From Squalus acanthias (Eukaryota): a stretch of DNA of 64,000 nucleotides. The DNA lies in the NCBI GenBank assembly GCA_030390025.1, contig CM059431.1, positions 123,444,001 through 123,508,000 of the forward strand, given 5' to 3'. Every line of letters begins with the position of its first letter. Position 1 is the stretch's first letter. This document shows positions 36,749-50,131 of the stretch, piece after piece. Below the pieces are notes generated by a model. It was not told the DNA's origin, searched no databases, and worked only from the letters and a program-made list of their open reading frames with translations. A program made the position numbers and the translations under genes.

Positions 36749-38289
36749 TATTACAGAGGTTTATCATAAGCTATTCAATAACATAATAAGGAGAACAGCA
36801 AAAACATTTCAAAATTATGAGAATGCAAAATTTAGGATGGTGTAACAAATTCCCTGCGCATTATGCTTGCGCAATCTATAGCTTGATAGACTGCTGAAGA
36901 GAATCAACTGAAATGAAGGAATAAAATTGTTGCACCATGTCTCGTCTTCAATTATGTGGCTGGAAAAAAGATCCTAAAGCCAGTACAAATAGGCAGAATC
37001 CACCACAACAGATCTATCATCAACAGGCTGAACAGAACCATCATCACCAACCATTTTCAGAACAAAGAATATAACTGAGACAAATGTGCAAAGCGAGTAG
37101 CTGATCCTTTAAAACACCAAGTACAGAATCATCCGATGTATGGCTATTAAGGCTATTTGAGTGTTAAATGCAAGCTCTCTTGTCAATCTGTGGACCATAC
37201 TAATCCATCACCTACTGAACTGCTGTACAGCTTGAGAATGTGATCAGTCAAAATTATATTGAGTTCTATTATGAATACTGCAGTGGCATTTTTACAGGAT
37301 ACTTGAGTACCAATATATCTGATGTGGCAAAGCTTCTACTATTGGTCTCTTCTCAAAGTAGCACTTCAAGTAGTTACCATTTCCACTAACACAAGGTCAT
37401 ATTTCCCTTTATGTCACTTTTAGATATGTATAAATAGAGCGCAATGTTGATCAGCTGTATTGGACTATTTATCCCTTTGTATTACTGCTCTGAGTATTGC
37501 TCCCATTCTAAAATGGGTTCATGGAATTTAGTGAGAACAAAAAAAAAGTTTTGTGCTTGTTAGGGCCTCATTAAACACCAATCAAGAGCAACTCATGCAG
37601 AATTGACAGTGGGAAGATAACTAAATAGTGAGTATTGAATGTTGAGTCAGACCGGCGAGACCGGGGACGCGGAGGTCCTGCCGAATTTAATGGCAGGACC
37701 TCATTATCATTTTTTAAATCCATTTCACACCCAGCAGCCAGCCAAATTGAGAGTCTGGCCAGCTGCCGGGCGGAAAACCAGCGGCAGGAGACCACAGTCG
37801 GGGCTCCTTGGGGACGGTCCCCAGCAATCGAATCTTGGGGCAGGCTGCAGATTGGGGGTTGGGGGGTTGGCCGTGATTGCGGGGGAGGCTGCAGATCAGG
37901 GCTTGGATTGGGGAGGTCAGCAATCATGACAGGGGCGAGAGAGAGGCCACAATAAAAAGAAGGGAGGCCAAAGGCTAAATTGACAGGCTGGGGGAGCAAT
38001 CCTGCTATAAGAAAGAGTGCTTATCGTCTGAAGCTGGCATCTCTTGTCTCCCTTTTGCTGCCGGGTTTCCCGAGCCCTGGGAAAGCCGCCTGGAAGCAGT
38101 TAAGATTAAATCAAGTTCCCAAGTGCACTGTGGGAGCCTGAATTAAATACGTTAAAGAAGTGTCCCATCCCTCAAGACGAAACACACGCTAAAAATGGTG
38201 GCAGATGTGTACACGTTGGGTTGAGGTTGTGTTTTGCTTTTGTTAGCCCGCCCGTCCTGAGGGGGTAGGGGGTGTTAATATCGGCCCAT

Positions 38290-39915
38290 CATCCATGTGC
38301 CGGCTCTTTGAAAGAGCTATCCAATTAGTCCCACTCCCCTGCTAAGCCCTGCAATTTTTTTCTTTTCAAGCATATTTCCAATTCTCTTTTGAAAGTTACT
38401 ATTGATTCTGCTTCCACCACCAGTTCAGGTACAGCGTTCCAGGTCATAACAACTTGCTGCATAAATTTTATTTTTTGCTCATCTCCCCCCAGTTCTTTTG
38501 CCAATTATCTTAAATCTGTATTCTTTTGTTCCCGATTCCTTCCAGTTCTAAGGAGAACAATCCCAGCTTCTCTAGTCTCTGTACATAACTGAATTCCCTC
38601 TCCAAGGCCTTGACATCCTTCCTAAAGTGTGGTGCCTGGAATTTGACACAATATTCCAGCTGAGGCCTAACCAGGTTTAGCATAAATTCCTTGCTTTTGT
38701 ACTCTATGGGCTGGATTTTCATTGAAACATGGAGGCGGGTTTGGAGGCGTGTGGGGGGTTAAAATTGCAAAAACTGGTGGGCGGGCACAAGTCCGCCTCC
38801 ATCCCGCCTCCACGCAATTTTCATTAAATCGTGTCTGCTGGTCCCGATTCCGTCCCGCCTTTAAGAGGCGGGATAGGCTGTTAAAGCCCTTAACAAGCAC
38901 TAAATTGGCTCTATAATGCCATTTTGAAAGGCCTTTGTAATTTTAACCCTTGATCTACGTGAAGCACGCCTGTTCTGAACCACGATTGTGAAACCTGGCG
39001 GGAGCACATTTAAATAGCTGACTATCAGCTGCAGGTCCACTATTACAACGGAGATGTGATGAAGGTAGTAGTAGTATTAGGTCTGAAAGTCGCCTCTGAT
39101 GCTGCTGCATTGAAGGTCTTCAGAGACTGCCTGGCCTTTGCTGTGAGAGGACCTGGATGCAAAAAAAATTCTCTCTCTCTCTCTCTCTCTCCTTAGAGCT
39201 ACTGCTCATTTTGCATCCAGGTCCTCTCACAGCAAAGGCCAGGCAGTCTCTGACCTGCAATGCAGCAGCAATGATGACATCATCAGAGGCGACTTTCAGA
39301 CTGAAACCACTAATTAGTTCATGGGTTCCCACATGCTGGAACTCAATTGCCCAATCAGGTGAAAATTGCATCAATCTCCCACATCCAATTGCAGTCGGGT
39401 GGATAACACAAAATGCAGATGACACGACCCCAACCCGCCCCAGTATCAAAATCCAGCCCAGAGGCTCTATTTATAAAGCCCAGGAACCTATATACTTTTT
39501 TAGCTTATCAACTTGTCCTTCAAGATTTGTGTGTGTGAACCCCCAGGTCTCTCTGTTCCGTTACAATTGTACCATTTACTTTATGTTACCTCTCCTCATT
39601 CTTCCTTCCAAAAAGCCTCAACTCACACTTCTCTGCATTAAATTGCATTTACCATGTGTCCACCCATTTCACCAGTCTGTCTACGTCCTCTTGATGTCTG
39701 CTTCTATCCTTCTCATTGTTTAATATATTTTGAAGTTTTGCTTCATCTGCAATCTTTGAAATGATGCCTTCTATACCCAATCAAGGTCATTGATCTATAT
39801 CAAAAAGAGCAGGGACACCATTCTGTACTTTCCTCAACTCACTACTCTCTGCTTTTTGTCTCTTAGCCAATTCCATATCCATGCTGCCACTTCCCCTTTA
39901 ATCCCATGGGCTTTG
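38290..39915 (-). mobile_element. Decayed CR1 LINE, split by a MITE
   Basis: [36 protein letters not shown]; continues beyond 39460. Confidence 0.75.
38708..39459. mobile_element. Harbinger MITE family Y, copy 1
   Basis: Perfect 12-bp TIR GGGCTGGATTTT. Arms are nearly identical to 41456-42153. Confidence 0.9.
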
Positions 39916-40472
39916 ATTATTCTTTATTTATTATTTCATTAATTGAGCTTTTGTAATTTTGCTGTTTGTGTTAGGTCTCAGAGAATTCAAATTTTGGGAT
40001 CTTTAAATACAAAAAGTGGCCAAGTATATCATTCTCTCTGAGATTAGATTGTTTGTATAATGCACAATAATCAAATAAACTGGAATTAAAAACTAGAAAT
40101 TCAAGTCAGAAGATTCATTCCAATAATGAGTTTCACTGCATAGTTTCATTAATTCTTTAGAGGTTTTTTTTGCACTTTTTTGTTAAGACAGGCAATCCAA
40201 AAGAAGACAAATGATAGCATCATGTTAAAATGATAGGTTTAAAATTTCTACAGAACTTTAATCACTGAGTTGTGATAAAATTGACCTGCGTTCAACTCAT
40301 GCAGAATTTCCTGATCCTTCCTGATGTTTCAGATGAGAGACCTCTGATGTGTGAAGCAAACATATGGCATTGGCACGGTTTATTGTAACGGATAATTAAT
40401 ATTTTCATTAATTCCCAGTATATTACAGGATTGGATTAGAAGTCACAGATACTTGAGCAACAATTTGAGCTT

Positions 40473-43400
40473 GGGCCGAGAACTCGGTGTGGGGGGAGTG
40501 GAGCGAGCGGCATGCTCCCTCCCATTCGCCGGCGTGAGGCCTACCTAGGCCATTTAAACTCCAGGGCCGAATTTTAATGTGAATGGCAGGCTGCCCTCCC
40601 GATCCCGGTGTGAAGCCTGCCCAACTCCTGCGCACCATTTCCAGCGCGATTAGATGTGCGTTATTTAAAGTGGGGATGCATCTCTTAAAGCGAGGTTGTA
40701 TCCCTGCTGGAATTTTATCTTGCACACCTGATTGCTTGGTTTAGTGGAGAGAGAGAGAGAGCGACGAACAGAAGGCCTGGCTACCCTTTCTCAATTGCCT
40801 CCTTGGAGGTACTTATTGAGGAGGACCGTGCGAGGAAGAAGGTTCTTTCCCCCACCACGAGCCGGAGCATCCCCAGGGCCACAGTGATTCAGGCCCGGAC
40901 AAAGGTCATGGGCAAAGTCGTGTCACCAGCATCACCCCAGGATCTAGGTTCAATTCCAATAGAGGTTTAGTGACCTCATGACAGCAACAAGGGTGAGTCA
41001 ACCTCTTCATCTCTCCACCTCTCTCAGCAGCACCTCACAATACACCTTTTACATCCTCCCCAGCACTCTCAACAATTTCCTGCCCTCCATCACATCCTTC
41101 ACAAGGTCCCACTGCCACACCTCCCTTTCGCATTTCAAACACATTCACCTCTTCCTTTGTTCTCAATGTGAAGGAGAGGAACGGGTGGACTTGCCCTTGT
41201 CCCATTTCCCTTTCCTCCAGGTTCTTCACAGCAGCAAGAGCTTCCTCTTCTGGAAACATTAGTGTAGGAAAATCCTCTTGAGGATGCTCCATCCCTTCCA
41301 AGCACCAGCTGGGTTAGATAGTCAGACAGAGGGTTCTGCTTGTGGGTAAACACTGAACATGAGTGGGCAGCAACAGGTACTGGTGGCAGGGACAGCCTAG
41401 GGGAGACCTAGGGTGAGGGTCTCTCCCAGCTCTACTCATAAGGACAGAGATCAAGGGGCTGGATTTTCATTGACCCGTGGAGGTGGGTTTGGAGGCATGT
41501 GGGGGGTTAAAATTGCGAAAACTGGCGGGCTGGCACAAGCCCGCCTCCATCCCGCCTCCACGCAATTTTCATTAAATCGTGTCTGCTGGTCCCGACTCCA
41601 TCCCGCCTCTAAGAGGCGCGATAGGCTGTTAAGGCCCTTAACAAGCACTAAATTGGCTCTATAATGCCATTTTAAAAGGCTTTTGTGATTTTAACCCTTT
41701 TTCTACGTGAAGCACGCCTGTTCTGAACCACGAATGTGAAACCTGGCGGGAGCACATTTGGATAGCTGACTATCAGTGGCTGGCTGGCTGGCTGGCTGGC
41801 TGGATGGATGGATGGATGGATGGATGGATGAGGAGGAGACATATCTGGGAGTGGTGGTACAAAGATATCTGGAAGCAGACTTAGGGCTGCTGCTGCTCAT
41901 TTTGCATCCAGGTCCTCTCACAGCAAAGGCCAGGCAGTCTTTGCAGACCTTCAATGCAGCAGCAATGATGACATCATCAGAGGCGACTTTCAGACTGAAA
42001 ACACTAATTGGGTCATGGGTTCCCACATGCTGGAACTCAATTGCCCAATTAGGTGAAAATCGCATCAATCTCCCACATCCAATTGCAGTCGGGTGGATAA
42101 CACGAAAAGTGGATAACATGACCCCAACCCGCCCCAGTTGCAAAATCCAGCCCCTGAAGGAGTTCTGGGGCCCAGCCACGCAAAGAAAACTGCTGGCATC
42201 ACACAAGGAATTATATCAGGTATTGGATAGCTTGCTAAGGATTTTCAGCACCATGGCTGAAAGTATGGCGGAATCACATCCAGCCTGTGTGGCATTACCT
42301 CGCATGGCATCAGCATTGTTCTGCAGTCTACCTTGTAGAGTGTTGCTACCTCCAGGGATGCTACATCCTGGCCCTCACAACAAGTTCCATGTCTGCATGC
42401 TTTGCAGCTTCGGTGGAAACTCAAATGGCTGCCATGAAAGCTCTGTGCTCCACCTTGGAGAGACAGGTGTGCACCTTGGACAGATTGGTGGTCCGACTAG
42501 ACAGGGCCTTTGATGGAGCCTCTCATTTTCTGCAGTCTGCTCTCCCGCAGATCAGTAGAAGCGTTTTGCCCCAGCCCCATGGAGGGCCAGTGGCGCTATA
42601 GGAATAATAGCATTGCTCCTCTCTCAGGATATGAGCATGTCTGCTCCTTTGCCACCTCCTCAATCAAAACCTGCCATGGTGCCAGCAAGTCAGCAGGCCC
42701 AGACTGCCTCAGCAACAGTCGAGGTTCAGCAGTCTGTAGCTGGACCTTCACAGGCTCGAGCACCCAGGAGTCACCGGCCACAAGCAACTCAAGGGTCCCA
42801 CCGGGAGCAACAGCAGCCTTCCACCAGCTCGTAGGAGTATTCAAGTTAAGAAACCTTCTTATAAGAAAAAGACCATAGGTTAACACATAGGTGGGAAATG
42901 ACTGGATGGCAATTATACTGATGGCAAATAAATTTACCAACTTTATCACTTTTGCCACTTTGGTCTACAATGTGCTTTAATCACAGCTTCTGTTTCCGCA
43001 TTGTCAGTATGTCATTGACATAGAGGTTGTCCTGAATAGTTTGAATGTTCTTTAATGCAAGATTAAGAGATTGGTGAAGGTTGTAACAAGGACTGTTAAT
43101 ACACAGGGGCTCTGTGTAAGTTTAGAGGGCAGTGGAATGAGCAGGTCACCTGAATCGCTGAGCAATTAGCTCATCCCTCACATTTCTAACTGCAAGGTGC
43201 TGAGGGCCAACTCCTTCTGCTGCAGCTTTCTCGCCTTCCGCCTAGACCTCCTTGTCCGATGAGAATGTCTGTTGTTGCTGTGCCTTCTATAAGGCAGGTC
43301 TCTCTGTAATGCGAGGTTATCAGTATGCAGCATATCAGAATGACGTGGGAGACTCTTTGAGGGGCATAATATAAGGAGTCCCCAGACCTGCGAAGCACCT

Positions 43401-43500
43401 CCAGCTTTGATTAAGCATCCCTATGATGTCGTCAATAATGATTGCAGTGGTCCCTCGTTTTGATTTTACCTGTGTTGCTCAGGCACGTTGGGTTTGAGAA
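40473..43500. mobile_element. Highly decayed Harbinger
   Basis: Myb relics on + (e.g. QQSVAGPSQARAPRS...QQQPSTS, homologous to 51960-52070) and a transposase C-terminal relic on - (~43140-43490). Confidence 0.65.
41456..42153. mobile_element. Harbinger MITE family Y, copy 2
   Basis: TIR GGGCTGGATTTT / AAAATCCAGCCC, with a central (GGCT)n(GGAT)n microsatellite at ~41778-41830. Confidence 0.9.
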
Positions 43501-43502
43501 GG

Positions 43503-45496
43503 TTTTTTTTAATTATTTGTTCCAGGGATGTGGGCGTCGCTGGCAAGGCCAGCATTTATTGCCCATCCCTAATTGCCCTTGAGAAGGTGGTGGTGAGCTG
43601 CCTTCTTGAACCGCTGCAGTCCGTGTGGTGAAGGTACTCCCACAGTGCTGTAAGGGAGGAAGTTCAAGGATTTTGACCCAGCGACGATGAAGGAACGGTG
43701 ATAAATTTCCTACGTTAGGATGGTGTGTTACTTGGAGGGGAACTTGGAGGTGGTGGTGCTCCCATGCGCCTGCTGCCCTTGTCCTTCTAGGTGGAAGAGG
43801 TCAAGGGTTTGGGGGGTGCTGCCGAAGAAGCCTTGGTGAGTTGCTGCAGTGCATCTTGTAGATGATACACACTGCAGCCATGGTGTGCCAGTGGTGGAGG
43901 GAGTGAATGTTTAAGGTGGTGGATGGGCTGCCAATCAAGCGGGCTGCTTTGTCCTGGATGGTGTTGAGCTTCTTGAGTGTTGTTGGAGCTGCATTCATCC
44001 AGGCAAGTGGAGAGTATTCCATCACATTCCTGACTTGTGCCTTGTAGATGGTGGAAAGGCTTTGGGGAGTCAGGAAGTGAGACACTTGCTGCAGAATACC
44101 CAGCCTCTGACCTACTCTTGTTACCACAGTATTTATGTGGCTGGTCCAGTTAAGTTTCTGGTCAATGGTGACCCCCAGAATGTTGATGGTGGGGTATTCG
44201 GCGATGGTAATGCAGTTGAATGTCAAGGGGAGGTGGTTAGATTCTTGCTTGTTGGAGGTAGTCATTGCCTGGCACTAATGTTACTTGGCACTTATCAGCC
44301 AAAGCCTGAATGTCGTCCAGGTCTTGTTCCATGTGGGCATGGACTGTTTCATTATCTGAGGAGTTGCGAATGGAACTGAACACTGTTCAATCATCAGCGA
44401 ACATCCCCACTTCTGAACTTATGTTGGAGGGAAGGTCATCGATGAAGCAGCTGAAGATGGTTGGGCCGAGGACACTGCCCTGAGGAACTACTGCAGCGTT
44501 GTCCTGGGGCTGAGATGATTGACCTCCAACAATCACAATCATCTTCCTTTGTGCTAGGTATGACTCCAGCCAGTGGAGAGTTTCCCCTCTGATTCCCATT
44601 GACTTCAATTCTACTAGGGCTCCTTGATGCCACACTCGGTCAAATACTGCCTTGATGTCACCTCACCTCTGGAATTCAGCTCTTTTGTCCATGTTTAGAC
44701 CAAGACTGTAATGAGGTCTGGAGCCGAGTGGGGCGGCCCAAACTTGACATCGGTGAGCAGGTTATTAGTGAGTAAGTGCCGCTTGATAGCACTGTCGATG
44801 ACACCTTCGATCACTTTGCTGATGATTAAGAGTAGACTGATGGGACGGTATTTGTCCTGCTTTTTGTGGACAGGACATGCCTGGGCAGTTTTCCACATTG
44901 TCGGGTAGATGCCAGTGTTGTAGCTGTACTGGAACAGCTTGGCTAGAGATGCAGCTGGTTCTGGAGCACAAGTCTTCAGCATGACAGCCGGGATGTTGTC
45001 GAGGCCCATAGCCTTTGCTGTATGCAGTGCGCTCAGCCATTTCTTGATATCACGTGGAGTGAATCGAATTGGCTGAAGACTGGCTTCTGTGATGGTGAGG
45101 ACCTCAGGAGGAGGTCAAGGTGGATCATCCACTCGTTACTTCTGGCTGCAGATGGTTGCAAACGCTTCAGCCTTGTCTTTTGCAATCGCTTGCTGGGCTC
45201 TGCCATCATTGAGGATGGGGATATTCATGGAGTCTCCTCCTCCCGTTAGTTGTTTAATTATCCACCACCATTCACGACTGGACATGACAGGACTGCAGAG
45301 CTTTGATCTGATCCGTTGATTGTGGGATTGCTTTAGCCCTGTCTATAGCATGCTGCTTCTGCTGTTTAGCATGCACGTAGTCCTGTGTTGCAGCTTCCCC
45401 AGGTTGGCACCTCATTTTTAGATACGCCTGGTGCTGCTGCTGGCATGCTCTTCTGCACTCCTCATTGAACCAGGGATGGTCCCCTGGCTTGATGGT
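43503..45496 (-). mobile_element. CR1-group (Zenon-like) LINE, 5'-truncated
   Basis: RT motifs YRPISLL, PQGSVLGP, MFADD, YKAQVRNVMEYSPLAW and a poly-T tail. Confidence 0.85.
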
Positions 45497-45724
45497 GTCA
45501 TGAAGGGAAGTGGAAATCTAGAACCCTTCATCAAAAAGCTGTTGAGGCTAGGTAAATTGAAAATTTCAAAACTGAGATTGATAAATCTTTGTTAGCCAAG
45601 GGTATTAAGGGTTATGAAACCAAGGAGTGTAGATGGAGTTAAGATATAGATCAGCCATGATCTAACTGAATGGTGGAGCAGGCTCGAGGGTCTGAATGGC
45701 CTACTCCTGTTTCCATGTTCCTAT
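45497..45724 (+). mobile_element. CR1 3' end
   Basis: GATCAGCCATGATCTAACTGAATGGTGGAGCAGGCTCGAGG...CCTACTCCTG tail. Confidence 0.8.
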
Positions 45725-46125
45725 GAGCCACATCTGCAGGGGGTATCCTTTGTTCCCCAGCAACCATCGTACCATGTTTCTGAGAAATGGAATATTGGGG
45801 AGATGGTAGTGAGCAAAATAATGTCCTACAGAATGTAGACTAAGCAGCAGTAAATAGTTTTCTGGTAGAGAAGAGATATGTTTCATTCACTTTTCAGATT
45901 TCTCTCTTCCTATGAAATGTTAATATTTCCCTTGGACAACAACAGAACTTCCCTTTCAATGTTAAATTGTCAGAGCAAACGCTTTTAAATTTCAACCCAA
46001 AATGACAATGCACAACGTTAATACTAATCAACTACTTTTCATGCAGTTTCTCTTATTCTGGAGACTGCCAAACCTATGACATCGCAACCTGAATTCCTGT
46101 CCCCTCCACCACTTTCTAACACAAC

Positions 46126-46891
46126 AGGCCAAAAATTCGGCCCTTCCCGGGTGAGTACACAGTCCGTACTCACCCGTAATGCGTCCCGAAGTGCCGGTTT
46201 CCTGCATGCACTGCGCATGCGCGGGAAACCGGAACTTCCGGTATGGTGAAGGGGGCAATTCCTAGGTGAACCGCGTGCACGCTAGAGGCTGCGCGCATGC
46301 AGCAAACTTAGATTTTTTTTCAGGTTTCTATGCGAGGGTAAGTACTGAAGAAACTACGCTATTAAAAAGGTGGCGTAAAACTCGTTTTCAACAAGGTAAG
46401 TGGTTAATTAAGTATAATTTAAAAAAAAAATTCAACAGGTTTATCTTTTTTAGATACTTTAAAGAAAGGTAAGTTTATTTTTATCAATTTTAAAAAGTAT
46501 TTTAATTTTTTCAAAAATTAAAATTTTTGTTTAAAGTGGTTAATTTATTTAACTATAGTTATTTTATAAATGTGATGGTTTTTAAAAAAAAATTATTTTA
46601 AGTTTAGCTGTTCTTTTGGGGCCGATTTCAATTCACAGATTTGACAGGTCTCCGGTCAAATCTATGAATGAAAGATGGTCTGCTGCCATTGGCTCTCCAT
46701 GGCTCACGTGATCCCAGGGGACGCATCGCGTTAACTACGCCCCTGGGACATGCAAGCACTGCGTGCCGGCTCTTGGAGCAGGCCCAGGAGCTGAAGTTCC
46801 CGTGGGCCCAAAACACAACGGCAGGCGCGGTAGGTAAGAGCGCGCGTGATCCTTACCCCCGCGGCAAGCCGGAGAGGCGAATTTCTGGGCC
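46126..46891 (+). mobile_element. Harbinger MITE family X, copy 2
   Basis: AGGCCAAAAATT / AATTTCTGGGCC with TSD AAC/AAC. Confidence 0.9.
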
Positions 46892-48499
46892 AACTATCTT
46901 AAGTGCAGGCTAAAACTGCAAGTAAAGTGATAAAGGACACTTTTCTAACAACAACATTTGTCCAAACTTCAAAGCCCTGATTTTTCTGATTTTAATATAG
47001 CTACCATGCTGATTCTACATGATTCTAGGCACCCTGTAATGTCCAAATACAAGGAAACAGTGAAGTGTATTCGTTCAGATTATTTTATTAACAGTCTAGG
47101 TTCTGCAGTCTTACTCAAAAACAGTGGCGATGCCCCAGCTTGATGCCAGGTTTTGCTGGCAGGCTTGGGACACAGGATGAAATGCGCGACATGAAGTTAA
47201 AATGGCATTGGGGTCCTAACTGCGTTAAAGGACCCCCGATATTTGCATTTTAATGAGGCCCTCACCTGCGTCGGGTGAGAGGGCCTCTGACTCTGCCCAA
47301 AAAGTGCCTGCTAAAATGGCATGCTGTGCAATCAAGGTGAGTACCACGCTGCCTGGATGCTAATCCCTCCCCCTCACCCTCGCATCCTGTTCTCGTTGTG
47401 CATGGAGGGGTGGAGGGGCAGGTTAAAAAAGGGCTTCAGAATTCATAGTATTTCTTCAAACATAAGACTCAGTTCATGATTGATCCCATAAAAGATGTGA
47501 CTTATATTTGGACATAATTGCCATTTCCCTGATTGTTAGTCTACACACAATGGTGTCGATTATGAGTTTTGGTGACTGACCACTGGAGGTGAATAAGCAG
47601 CAGCGATTTTCAGCTGCAGCCTCAATATTATTAGGCTGGCGATGCAGCTTGCCTGAGTGAGGCCTACCAATATCAGGCCAGTCTGTCCAGGAGAAAGACA
47701 AATGGAGAGGGAGTTGTGATCGTGGAGGAGGGCAGGGGGTTCTAGGATTGCAGCGGCTGATAGAATTTTTGTGCGGTCAAGAGGAGTGCACCTGCTTCTC
47801 CTGGCCCCATAATAATAATTCCAAGCTTAACTTGGCCTCTTTTCCTCTATCGCCCATAGTAATAATCGGAGCGTATACAACAAATGCTCTGACCACTTCC
47901 AACCTAAAATGGCAATCGGGGTCCTAGGACCCCGATTTTGATATTGAAATGGGCCTACCACCTGAAACAGGCAGGTGCTTCAGGTGCCCAGCAGTAGGCC
48001 CCCTTTCAAAATGGCGCTGGTTGCATCGTCGGGGTGAGTGGGTCAATAAGACTACCAACCCCATTATGAGGCCGCTTACCGTTCTGTTAACACCAGGCGA
48101 TGCAAGTTAAAATCGATCAATGAAGTTGCTATAAAAGTCTAAATGATTTTAATGAGCAAGCATATGTTATCAATTAGCATTTACAAGATGAATACTTTAT
48201 TTACATCTTCCATGCAGAACAAAGACTTTTGTTCAGACTTCTGACTCAAAAAGATAGCTTTTATCTTGTAAGTAACCTGCAGCTTGTCACTAATAAGCTT
48301 TCAAATCATAATCAAGAGTGAAATAACTTTTGTATCTGCAGGTCTCCATTATCTTTCTGGTTATTCAACATAGAATAAAACCTGGTTTATTTTGAGTAGC
48401 CAATTGCACACTACTGTTCGGCATAAGTATTATAAAAAAGGTGAAGGACAGTGAATTGGCAATTGCATTGAATCTAATGGTGAGCACATCTAAAGTAAA

Positions 48500-48597
48500 A
48501 CTCTCTTTCTCTCTCCACGGATGCTGCCTGGCCTGCTGAGTTTTTCCAGCGTTTTCTGTTGTTATTTCAGATTTCCAGCATCCGCAGTATTTTGCTA
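48500..48597 (+). mobile_element. Penelope-like repeat fragment
   Basis: Homologous to 34873-34972. Confidence 0.6.
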
Positions 48598-50131
48598 TCG
48601 TAAAGTAAAATGCTAATCTGTCTTAACACAACGAAGGAGCAGTAACCATGCAAGAAAATTCCATCTGTTTTCCACATTGATTTCACAGTGTACCTGTGAT
48701 TGTGGTGAGCCTGTAAGGGGTTCTGTGTCGTGCTTGTATCGCAGACGGTGCTGGTGCGGGGTTAGGCCTTCGTTGCCCAATACTATTGCTTGCTCTGGTC
48801 TCCGGCCAGCCTTGTTGCAATAAGCACCTGTGAGTGGTTCGACCCACTCGCCCTTACGGTTCTAACACTGGACTTAGGTGCGAGAGCAGTAATGCAGAGA
48901 AAAACTCAAATAGACCCGGTTGAATAGTACGATGTGGAAATCTTTATTGCATAGCGTCCAAGATCATGAAGTATATGTCATAGGCACAAATTAACGATAG
49001 TACAAGTATACATACATTCATAAAGCTTGGTCTATGGTAATGAAGAACGCACGGCACATCGTAAAAAGGGGAACACATTATACTTTATCCTTAGTAAAAC
49101 CACCTTCCCCTATCAATACCTACACTACATCTAGATTTGTAGGATCGGGAAACATGCTCACCACTCGTGATACTTCGGAGAATTTTAAAGTGAGGTGCTC
49201 GGCTCGTTTCGCTGCAGCGCCTGACTGTCACATGTTTTGAGGGGTCTCTGTACCCCACTTGTTTACTTTTGCTGCTGCTGCAAGCAGGCTGGGCTCCTCG
49301 TTGTCATGAAGAACTCGACAGTGCTCGGGCCCGGCTGTAGAACTCAAAGAAAAGTCTTCCTGGACCGACACCAGTTATCGGTAGAATTCAAAGAAGAGTC
49401 TTCGACCAGTTCGTGCAGTAACATGTAGAGTTCAAGAAATGGGTTGTATATTTTCGGGCGCGGTCGGGGTTTACTGACCGCGGCGGCACGTGGATTCTTC
49501 TTCTTCTCTTGTCATTTCATCTCGTCTTGTTGGGCCTTCGGCTCCAAACACCGTTTACCGACTCTCGGGATGGTGCACCCGGTCACTGGCCTTCGTCGAG
49601 GCGACTCGTTCCAATTGAGCTCCACCCAACATTCGAATAACCGTCCAGTGCGGCTAAAAGTCCAGAGGCAACAGGGTCCAGAGAAAACACAGAAGGCTGC
49701 TCGTCCAGCAGAGTTCAGCCCGAGTCAAGAGTCCGCAGAGATAAGAGAAAAATAATAGCGCGATGGACATTTGGGGGTAGAAATTAGGTCGCGCCCCATT
49801 TGGGGCGCAAATATCGTCTGGACGCAAATATTAGCGCCTGGCGCTAATTATCGGCACTGACTGGAAACTTCACTTTTACCGCCCCGGGAGGTGAGTGGAG
49901 CGCTAAAGCAGGCGCTGCACACCTGTCTTAAGGCGCAAAGGCCAAGGAGTGAGGCGCTAACTCAGCGCGCGAGCGCAGCGCAGCTGCTGCCAGTTAGCAA
50001 GGGAACACAGACACACTGGCGCCGGCCACTTCTTAAAGCGGGGGGGGCCACTTGCTCCCCAGCCACACCCTGCTCATTGCAGCCTTGAATCTCGGCCTGG
50101 AGAGACCTGTGAATCCATTTTGCTGCCAAGC

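Noticed and set aside
41776..42513. 245-aa ORF
   Set aside because: Chance read-through across a microsatellite, a MITE arm and a decayed Myb exon.
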